In this document: positions 57,087 to 64,000 of the stretch, in pieces
Layout: each line of letters opens with the position of its first letter
How positions within the stretch are numbered: the first letter of the stretch is position 1
Assembly (NCBI GenBank): GCA_017467565.1
Contig: JAFUSV010000001.1
Location: 6,744 to 70,743 of the forward strand
DNA: 64,000 bases
Origin: Prevotella sp.
GTDB taxonomy: Bacteria > Bacteroidota > Bacteroidia > Bacteroidales > Bacteroidaceae
Direction of reading: 5' to 3'
Notes under the pieces: generated by a model
What the model saw: the letters and a program-made list of their open reading frames with translations, nothing else
Database searches by the model: none
Told to the model about the DNA's origin: nothing
Translations under genes and position numbers: made by a program

Positions 57087-58201
57087 CGCGATATGTATTT
57101 TTTGCCGTTAAGAATAAGCCCACCCCTGGCCCCTCCCCAAGAGAGGGGTGTGGAATGATTGACCTTGCGCCCCAGGAAATCAAAAGTCTCCCCTCCCTTG
57201 GGGAGGGGTAGGGGGTGGGCTGTGGAGTGGGCTTCTATCCCTGCCGCCACCTTCCCTGGTGTGGTAGGACGTATGATGGGGTCGGCAGTCATGCGCAGCG
57301 TGTTGCCCTGGAACTCCATGGTGCCGATGTACATGCGGCGGGGAGCTACCACCGACTCGGAGTGGTGGGCATGGAAGACGATGCGCAGGCGGCCTTCCTT
57401 GTCGGTGAACAGCGAGTGGTGGCCGGTGCCTACGAGATTCTCTACACGGCGCACTATCGGGTTGTTGGCATACTTCTGCCAACTGGGAGTGGCACCGCCT
57501 GTGGTGGACAGCGAACGGCTCATGGCGTAGCCTACGGCATAGTCCTGCGAGCGGTAGTCGTTGCCCGAATAGGTGAGGTAGTAGATGTTGTTGTTCTTCC
57601 AGATGAAAGGCCCTTCGGTGACACGTCCCAGCAGGTTCTCCCACGACTGGCTGACATTGATGCACTTGCGCAGGGTGCCCTCGACGGGGGTTGTGAGGTC
57701 GTCGGCGAGCTGGCACATCCAGATGCAGTTGCCGTCGGTGAAGCGTACGAAGAAACAATAGGCCTGTCCGTTGTCATCGAAGAACACGCTGGAGTCGATG
57801 CACTTCTCGTCGCCTAACAGCGGCTCCATCATGTAGCCGCCCACCTGCTTGAAGGGCCCTCGTGGTGACGAGGCCGTGGCTACGAACAGATGCTCGTTGG
57901 CCGAGAAGTACATGTAGTACTTGTCGTTCTTGTGATAGACCTCGGGTGCCCAGAACCGCTGCTGCTCGGTGGTGTTGTCTTTTTTCAGTGCCAGTGCGTC
58001 CAGCTTGGACCATCCCAGCAGGTCTTTCGATGTCCATACCTCTATGCCGTTGGCATCGTGGGTGCCGTAGGCGTAGTAGGTGTCGCCGTCGAGCAGGATG
58101 AAGGGGTCGGCCAGTGGCACGATACTGCGGTCCTGCGCCGAGGCGCAGAATGTAAAAATGTAAAAACTAAAAAATGTAATAATTGATAGGAGACGTTTCA
58201 T
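57083..58201 (-). CDS. GH43 glycoside hydrolase with T9SS-like tail
   Basis: LADPFIL, YYAYGT, FWAPEV, IDSSVF, EGPF, GTGHHS. Confidence 0.92.
   Translation of the reverse strand: MKRLLSIITFFSFYIFTFCASAQDRSIVPLADPFILLDGDTYYAYGTHDANGIEVWTSKDLLGWSKLDALALKKDNTTEQQRFWAPEVYHKNDKYYMYFSANEHLFVATASSPRGPFKQVGGYMMEPLLGDEKCIDSSVFFDDNGQAYCFFVRFTDGNCIWMCQLADDLTTPVEGTLRKCINVSQSWENLLGRVTEGPFIWKNNNIYYLTYSGNDYRSQDYAVGYAMSRSLSTTGGATPSWQKYANNPIVRRVENLVGTGHHSLFTDKEGRLRIVFHAHHSESVVAPRRMYIGTMEFQGNTLRMTADPIIRPTTPGKVAAGIEAHSTAHPLPLPKGGETFDFLGRKVNHSTPLSWGGARGGLILNGKKYISR
57118..57220. repeat. Pair of REP-like CCCCTCCC..GGGAGGGG hairpins in the GH43 tail
   Basis: 57118-57148 and 57189-57220, in inverted orientation. 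Same family as the 24567-24871 IRs; another copy at 58304-58336. Confidence 0.75.
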
Positions 58202-60045
58202 CGTGTTACGTATTTTTTGCCGTTGTGGATTAGGATTTTCGAGGAGGGAGTAGCGAGGAGGGAGGAACGAGAATTGACTTTGTGCCCCAGGAGATCATAA
58301 GTCTCCCCTCCCCTTTGGGAGGGGTTGGGGGTAGGCTGTAGGGGGTAGGCTTCTATCCCCGTCTCTTCCGTCATCTCGCCCAGTCGCATCTCCATCCATG
58401 TGTAGGGGCGCATCTGGCTGGCATCGGGGATGGTCTCTGTGTAGACGGTGCCCGAGCGGTTGTCGGTGCACTCCAGGGTGAAGGCCAGGCGGCGGTCGGT
58501 GGGAGGATTGCTCAGTGCGAGGCTGCTCCAGGGTATGGCCACCTCTATGATGTAGTATGAGGAGCCCTGTGTGGCGGCACAGCGCAGGGGTAGTGTCGAC
58601 TTGTCGGCGGTCTTCCACGAGCTGTTGCTGCCTTTCTGCAGCCGGTAGAAGGTGCCGTCGGGGCGCAGCATCAGCTTATAGCACCCCTCCTCAGGTGCCG
58701 AGGTTACCTGGCCCGACACGTCGAGCATCAGCGTCACACCGTCGGCGTTGGCACCACTGGCTACCTGCGTACGGTCACTGACACGGGTCACGAGGTAGAG
58801 CGAGTCGCGGTCGTAGGCCATGTCGGCCGTCACGCGCGTTCCCGTCTGCGTGCCTAACATAATCTGTGTGGCGGTGCGCGTCTTGTAGCCCTCGCCGGCC
58901 GTCAGCTTGCCGTCGACGGTGGGCTTGGCATAGGGAGCCGTCAGTTGGCGCACGGGGTAGCCCTTCATCATCTCGATGTTGCCGCCAATACCGCTGACGG
59001 CCACCACGATGCCCGTGTCGATGACGGCCAGCGAGTTCCATAGTCCCTGCTCCTCGCTGCCTATGCTGAAGGGCACTGACATGGCCTTGAAGTCGCGAGC
59101 CTGCTCGTTGCCTACGGCCACGCGCATCTGGTTCTTGCCGCCGCGCTCGTAGGCCGACTGGTAGCTCATCACCGTCTCGCCCCAGGGCAGCACCCGCAGG
59201 TAGGGAGCACCGCCGGTGGCCGTGGGACAGTAACTCAGGTTGAGCGTCTTCTCGCGGTTCTTGTCGCCGGCCGTTACCCAGTAGCCGTCATGCCAGTTGT
59301 TCTGGAGCGTCGTCCTCACCGTGGTGGGGAAGAAGTCGCCGTAGCCCCAGCCGTTGTCCTCGATGATGACGACTATCTCCGACTGATCTTTCAATAATAC
59401 GGGCACGGGCATGCCGTCGCGGAAGCCCTGGCGGTAGCATATCTTGGCGGCCTTAGTCCACGACAGTCCGCCGTCGAACGAGCGGCACATGGATATCTGC
59501 TGGTCGTTGTTCGAGGTGTAGGGTCCCTCGTCGGCAAAGTAGAGCTGCAGCTCGCCCGAGGGCAGCTCCAGCATGGAGGGTTCCCAACAGCCGTCGGCAA
59601 AGGTGTGCAGGGCGTCGTTGACGAATATCTCGTCACTCCACGTCTGTCCGCCGTCGGTACTGCGCTTGCAGCGTATGCCGAACTTGCGTTCCTCGGAGTA
59701 GGGGGCCGTGGGCCGCGGGTTGTAGGCCACGATGATGGTGCCGTCGCTGAGCTGTATGAGGTCGGGCACGCACTCGCTGATGCCCGCGGGGTTGCTGACT
59801 ATCTTCGTGGCCGAACCCCACGTAGAGCCTTTGTCCCGGCTGAAGGCAATCTTGATGCCGCCGCTCTCGCACACGGCCATCAAACGCCCGTCCTGCAACT
59901 CGATGATGCGGGCATAGCCGCCACCGTTGAACACCGTACGCCGCGAGGCCGTGTCCCAGAAGATGCGCGACCCGCTGTAACCGCTCACCTGTGCCGAGGC
60001 GCAGAGTGCCGACAGGCAGAAAAGCAAAGATACAATTTTTCTCAT
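58198..60045 (-). CDS. BNR/Asp-box glycosidase (GH93/sialidase-like) with CBM9-like domain and T9SS tail
   Basis: GGYARIIEL, SRDKGSTW, STDGGQTW, SFDGGLSW, WEP, DGMP; PTVDGKL...YIIEVAIPW. Confidence 0.8.
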   Translation of the reverse strand: MRKIVSLLFCLSALCASAQVSGYSGSRIFWDTASRRTVFNGGGYARIIELQDGRLMAVCESGGIKIAFSRDKGSTWGSATKIVSNPAGISECVPDLIQLSDGTIIVAYNPRPTAPYSEERKFGIRCKRSTDGGQTWSDEIFVNDALHTFADGCWEPSMLELPSGELQLYFADEGPYTSNNDQQISMCRSFDGGLSWTKAAKICYRQGFRDGMPVPVLLKDQSEIVVIIEDNGWGYGDFFPTTVRTTLQNNWHDGYWVTAGDKNREKTLNLSYCPTATGGAPYLRVLPWGETVMSYQSAYERGGKNQMRVAVGNEQARDFKAMSVPFSIGSEEQGLWNSLAVIDTGIVVAVSGIGGNIEMMKGYPVRQLTAPYAKPTVDGKLTAGEGYKTRTATQIMLGTQTGTRVTADMAYDRDSLYLVTRVSDRTQVASGANADGVTLMLDVSGQVTSAPEEGCYKLMLRPDGTFYRLQKGSNSSWKTADKSTLPLRCAATQGSSYYIIEVAIPWSSLALSNPPTDRRLAFTLECTDNRSGTVYTETIPDASQMRPYTWMEMRLGEMTEETGIEAYPLQPTPNPSQRGGETYDLLGHKVNSRSSLLATPSSKILIHNGKKYVTR

Positions 60046-60992
60046 TATTCAAAACTTACTCTTGTGATAGCTACTACTCCAGTGTTGTGTGGATGAGTGC
60101 GAACCAGCGTATAGGAGGCGTCGCGACGGATGGTGCTGCCCGAGGCTACCTCCTTGCCGTCGGCCAGCAGCCGCACGTCGTCGTCGAGCGTGAACTCCAG
60201 CGTAGTGCCCGTGCCGCGGTATGTCAGCAGGTCCTGATAGTAGGCCGAGCGGGTGAGCACTGCCTCGCCGCCACCGATGGTCAGCGTCTTGAACTCAGGA
60301 TAGATCATGCCGTAGAAACGGTAGACCTTCTCTGTGCCCGAACCTGACACCACCTTGATCTCGTGGTCGGCGTTCAGGGCGTAGTAGTTCTTCGATACGT
60401 ACGGTTCGCCGTCTATGTAAACCTTGGCCGAGTCGCTGCCAGCCTCGATGGTGAGTCGCTGACGGGCAGCGTTCACCGTCATCTCGCGGCCGTTGTACAG
60501 CTGCTTCTCCGGCAGACACATCACCCAGTCGTCGCCCGTGGCCGTCGCCATATAGACATTGGGCGTCACCGTGGCATAGATGGCGTCTATCGTCGTCACG
60601 TCGTCGGTCACCACGATGTCCAGCCCCGTGGTGTCGGTCTTCAGCCCACCGCCCATGTAGGTGTCGTAGGTGGATGCCACGCAGACCACATGGAACGTAC
60701 CCGGCACGGCGTAGGAGTAGGTCAGCACACCACGGTTCACTACCAGCCCCGTGTTGCTCGAGTCGCGCAGCTCGTACTGATGGTCCTTGTCGCCTGTATA
60801 GACTACCACCTGGTCGGCCACGCCCGTGAAGCGGATGGTCATCGACTCGTTCACCTCAAGGTGCTGTTTGTCCACCTCTACCTTGGCCTGGGGTGTGCGT
60901 GCCTCCTGGTTGTCGTTGGCACAGGCCACCGTCAGCAAGGCGCACACTGCCAATAATACGTGTCTCTTCATAAGAAATAACGTTGTTTTCAT
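60045..60992 (-). CDS. PUL surface lipoprotein, paralog of 44733-45713
   Basis: LTVAC-ANDN lipobox (start may be 60971). FTGVADQVVVYTGD..H...TGLVVNRGVLTYSY matches the PUL-A lipoprotein. Confidence 0.85.
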   Translation of the reverse strand: MKTTLFLMKRHVLLAVCALLTVACANDNQEARTPQAKVEVDKQHLEVNESMTIRFTGVADQVVVYTGDKDHQYELRDSSNTGLVVNRGVLTYSYAVPGTFHVVCVASTYDTYMGGGLKTDTTGLDIVVTDDVTTIDAIYATVTPNVYMATATGDDWVMCLPEKQLYNGREMTVNAARQRLTIEAGSDSAKVYIDGEPYVSKNYYALNADHEIKVVSGSGTEKVYRFYGMIYPEFKTLTIGGGEAVLTRSAYYQDLLTYRGTGTTLEFTLDDDVRLLADGKEVASGSTIRRDASYTLVRTHPHNTGVVAITRVSFE

Positions 60993-61010
60993 TCCTTTAT
61001 TGCAATTGAT

Positions 61011-61052
61011 TTTTCAATTTTCAATTTTCAATCTTCAATTTTCAATCTTCAA
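61011..61052. repeat. Heptamer repeat (TTTTCAA/TCTTCAA) x6 at the susD stop
   Basis: Six 7-bp units; the last overlaps the susD TGA. Confidence 0.85.
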
Positions 61053-62746
61053 TAGCCCGGGTTCTGTTCTACCACGCCGTTGGACATGTCTATCTCGTTC
61101 TGGGGGATAGGCATGTGCTCGTGTATACCCTCGCGGAAGTAGAGGCCACGGCTGTTGGGGCGTGAGCGGCCGAAGGTGTGCAGCACCGTGGCGGCCCGCT
61201 TCTGGCGCACCAGGTCGAAGTAGCGGTCCCACTCGAAGGCCAGTTCCATGCGGCGCTCCTGCCATATCTGGTCGCGTACGTAGCCGTAGCTGCCAGGCTG
61301 ATAGAGCTTGGTGCTGCCGTTGATGGTGTTCACCTGAGCCTTGCAGAGGTTCAGTTTCTGCAGCGCTCCTTCGCGGTCGCCAGTCTCGTTGAGGGCCTCG
61401 GCCAGCATGAGCACCACTTCGACGTAGCGCATGATGCGACGGTTGCGCCCGTTGTCGCCGGCATACTGCGGACGGTCTTTCTTCGGCGTGTACCATTTCA
61501 GCGACACGTGGCGACCTTCGCCACCTTGCCATATCTCGCCGTCGGGGGTGTTGCCCTGGTGGTGGATGGTGAACTCCTTGCGGATGTCGTCGCCAAAGAG
61601 CGATGTCAGTATCTCGCTGGTTGCATACATCGTCGTAGTGCCTACGTCAAAGTGCTCTATGCCGGCACCCTCGTTGGTGTCGCCGCCAGTGCCGTCGGCA
61701 CTCTCCTTGAACACCACCTCGAAGACCGAGCCGCGACAGAACTCACCATCGGCATACCACTGATAGACGTAGGCCCAGCGGTCGCCGCCGGAGAGCGGCT
61801 GTCCGTAGTAGTCGCGGTATTCCAGCGAGTAGACGTTGTTCATCGTTTCCAGTGGTGTGTCGGCCGTCTCGTAAGGGTCGGTGTCGGTGTTCAGTTGGCG
61901 GGGTTTGAACCACAGCCGCTGGCGCAGCGACTCCCAGTCCTCCTGACCGTCGTATTTCAGTATCTCACCCATCGTGAGCGTGCTGCCGTCTACCATATAG
62001 GCTCCGAGGCGTGTCATCTCGGTCCATTTCTCTGATGGTTGTCCTGGCACGGCCTGATACATCAGCACCTTCATCAGCAGGGCGATGGCAGCACCGCGTG
62101 TGGCCTTGCCTGTCTCCTGTGCACTGTAGACCGAAGGCAACATGACGGCAGCCTCGCGCAAATCCTTCTCTATGTAGGCATAGGTCTCAGCTTCGGTGCT
62201 GCGCGGCACCACCAGCTGCGTGGCCGTTTCCACCTCAGGGCGTATGGGCACGCCGCCGAAGGTCTTCACCAGGTTGAAATAGTAGAAGGCTCGCAGGAAC
62301 TTGGCCTGTCCGTATATCCAGCGTATCTGCTGGTAGGCGGTGTAGGCCGTGGTCGATGTCTTCACACGGTTGATGTTGGCTATCACCTGGTTGGCACGGT
62401 GAATGCCTCGGTAGTTGACCTCCCAGCGCTGGCGGATCCAGGTGTTGGAGGTGTTGAAGCGGAACATGACGAGCTGCCCCATCTGCGAAGCCAGCCCCTC
62501 GTCAGTGCCCAGCACATTGTCGGCCATGGCCTCGCCGAAGCGCCACTCCTGGTTGTTGTAGGCATCGCTCTGCAGCACGTCGTAGACGGCATCCAGTGCC
62601 GACTGCATCTTGTAGGGCGTGTCGTAGTAGGTCTGGTCGGTGGCATTGCCTGTTATCTCCTTGTCCAGAAAGTCCGAACAAGAAGTGAGGGCTGCGCTCA
62701 TAGCGCAGCATACGAGGCAAGTATAGATAGCGTTCTTTGTTTTCAT
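61049..62746 (-). CDS. susD: SusD/RagB lipoprotein (PUL-B)
   Basis: TSCSDFLDK, AKFLRAFYYFNLVKTFGGVP, ERRMELAFE, PIPQNE, EQNPGY. Confidence 0.95.
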   Translation of the reverse strand: MKTKNAIYTCLVCCAMSAALTSCSDFLDKEITGNATDQTYYDTPYKMQSALDAVYDVLQSDAYNNQEWRFGEAMADNVLGTDEGLASQMGQLVMFRFNTSNTWIRQRWEVNYRGIHRANQVIANINRVKTSTTAYTAYQQIRWIYGQAKFLRAFYYFNLVKTFGGVPIRPEVETATQLVVPRSTEAETYAYIEKDLREAAVMLPSVYSAQETGKATRGAAIALLMKVLMYQAVPGQPSEKWTEMTRLGAYMVDGSTLTMGEILKYDGQEDWESLRQRLWFKPRQLNTDTDPYETADTPLETMNNVYSLEYRDYYGQPLSGGDRWAYVYQWYADGEFCRGSVFEVVFKESADGTGGDTNEGAGIEHFDVGTTTMYATSEILTSLFGDDIRKEFTIHHQGNTPDGEIWQGGEGRHVSLKWYTPKKDRPQYAGDNGRNRRIMRYVEVVLMLAEALNETGDREGALQKLNLCKAQVNTINGSTKLYQPGSYGYVRDQIWQERRMELAFEWDRYFDLVRQKRAATVLHTFGRSRPNSRGLYFREGIHEHMPIPQNEIDMSNGVVEQNPGY

Positions 62747-62764
62747 TGTGTAGTCTTCCTTTCT

Positions 62765-64000
62765 TTATAAACCGAGTTTGACACCAAATGTAAACGAGCG
62801 GGCCTGCGGATAGTTGCCGAAGTCGACGCCCATGCTCAGGTTGTTGCCTTCGGTACCTGCCACGCGTCCCACTTCGGGGTCCAGCCCGTTATAGCCTGTC
62901 AGCGTCAGCAGGTTGTAGCCTGTCAGCGACAGCGTCAGGCTGCCGATGCCTATCCGCTGCAGCAGCTGCTGGGGCACGCTGTAGCTGAGCCGCACCTCCT
63001 TCATGCGCAGGTAGCTGCCGTCGTGGACGAAGAAGTCGCTGGCACGGAAGTTCTGGTTCTGGTCCGAAGCACGCAGGTCGGGCACGCTGGCACCCGTGTT
63101 CAGCGGGAAGTACTCGCGTCCCTCGATGAGCTGTCCCGACCAGTGCTGTGAGCGCAGGTCGCTGTAGACGTTGCCATTGGCGGCATTGTAGAGCACGTTG
63201 TCCATGACGTTGAATATCTTGTTGCCCGTCTGTCCTTGCATGAAGATGCTTAGGTCGAAGTCCTTGTAGCCTGCCGACAGGGGGATGCCGAAGACGAACT
63301 TGGGCAGCGGCGACCCCAGGTAGGTGCGGTCTTCGGCCGTGATGCGTCCGTCGCCGTTCAGGTCCTTGAAGCGGAAGTCGCCAGGCTTGGTGGTCTGTTC
63401 CCAGTAGTTCTTGCCGAAGTCGTACTGCGCGCTGGCACGTACCTCCTCATAGGTCTGGAAAATGCCGTCAGTGACGTAGCCGAAGAATGAGCCGATGGGT
63501 TGACCTACGGCCGTCTTCGTCACGGGGTCGTCGATGGCCAGTCCTGCCGTGGTGCCCCAGATGGGCTCATTGCCAGTGCCCAGCGAGGTGACCTCATTCT
63601 TAATCCACGACAGGTTGAAGCCTACCTCGTAGCGGAAATCGCTGCCTATGTGGTCGCGCCACCGCACGTCGTACTCGAAGCCCCAGTTCCTGACGGCACC
63701 GGCATTGGTCATGGGTGCCTGGTCGAGACCAGCCGAGATGACGGTGGGCACGCGCAGCAGCATGTCGGTGGTCTTGCGGTTGAAGTACTCGGCCGTCAGC
63801 ATCAGGCGGTTGTTGAGCAGCGAGAAGTCGAGACCTACGTTGAACGACTGGCTCTTCTCCCACTTGATGTCGTCATTGCCCAAGACGGTGGCTGTAGAGC
63901 CTTCCCACAGGATGTGGTTGCCCAATCCATAGGGGTAGTTGTAGCCCGAGGTGAGGTAGGTGTAGCGGGCCAGTTCGTCAATGCGGTTGTTACCCAGCAG
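62765..64000 (-). CDS. susC: SusC/RagA transporter (PUL-B), 5'-partial
   Basis: IKWEKSQSFNVGLD, PGDFRFKDLNGDG, YPQARSFTFGVKLGL. The frame continues past the window edge. Confidence 0.95.
   Translation of the reverse strand: MLGNNRIDELARYTYLTSGYNYPYGLGNHILWEGSTATVLGNDDIKWEKSQSFNVGLDFSLLNNRLMLTAEYFNRKTTDMLLRVPTVISAGLDQAPMTNAGAVRNWGFEYDVRWRDHIGSDFRYEVGFNLSWIKNEVTSLGTGNEPIWGTTAGLAIDDPVTKTAVGQPIGSFFGYVTDGIFQTYEEVRASAQYDFGKNYWEQTTKPGDFRFKDLNGDGRITAEDRTYLGSPLPKFVFGIPLSAGYKDFDLSIFMQGQTGNKIFNVMDNVLYNAANGNVYSDLRSQHWSGQLIEGREYFPLNTGASVPDLRASDQNQNFRASDFFVHDGSYLRMKEVRLSYSVPQQLLQRIGIGSLTLSLTGYNLLTLTGYNGLDPEVGRVAGTEGNNLSMGVDFGNYPQARSFTFGVKLGL

Noticed and set aside
9261-63932. Long antisense and alternate-frame ORFs (e.g. 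16044-17360, 28579-30144, 50795-52198, 53727-55244)
   Set aside because: Shadow frames of high-GC3 genes with no recognisable motifs.

Overview
Prevotella-like (Bacteroidota) chromosomal window, judged from TAnnTTTG promoters, SusC/SusD pairs, HTCS regulators and T9SS-type C-terminal tails. It has four zones. (1) 1-~8460 is the end of an AT-rich defence island. It carries a type I R-M operon (XRE HTH, hsdM, DUF1016/yhcG, hsdS) with a Septu-like PtuA/PtuB pair in the hsdS-hsdR slot, an 82-codon hsdR stump and an McrB-like GTPase running off the edge. The island appears to truncate a secreted-protein gene. (2) ~8.5-22 kb is GC-rich backbone: GH43, ldcA, cbiL, tRNA-Val(CAC), mgtC, two tandem secreted endonuclease I paralogs, a methyltransferase with an in-frame repeat insert, and an SGNH esterase. 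(3) ~22.3-27.7 kb is an integrase-less phage/satellite-like module: VapE, ori-like repeats, a MITE-like inverted-repeat element, an RteC-like ORF, an unannotated antitoxin plus VapC, an HU-like protein, a smalltalk peptide and a P5-like muralytic protein. (4) 27.7-64 kb holds two paralogous tandem PULs (SusC/SusD/lipoprotein/HTCS, GH43s, GH51, GH78, BNR glycosidase, sulfatase, ELWxxDGT protein). Best leads: a recurrent 'T9SS tail-ATGA-signal peptide' junction built from short DNA repeats, a candidate HTCS-controlled PUL sRNA, the Septu pair inside an R-less type I R-M, and the VapE-smalltalk module. All calls come from reading motifs by eye; no database searches were run.
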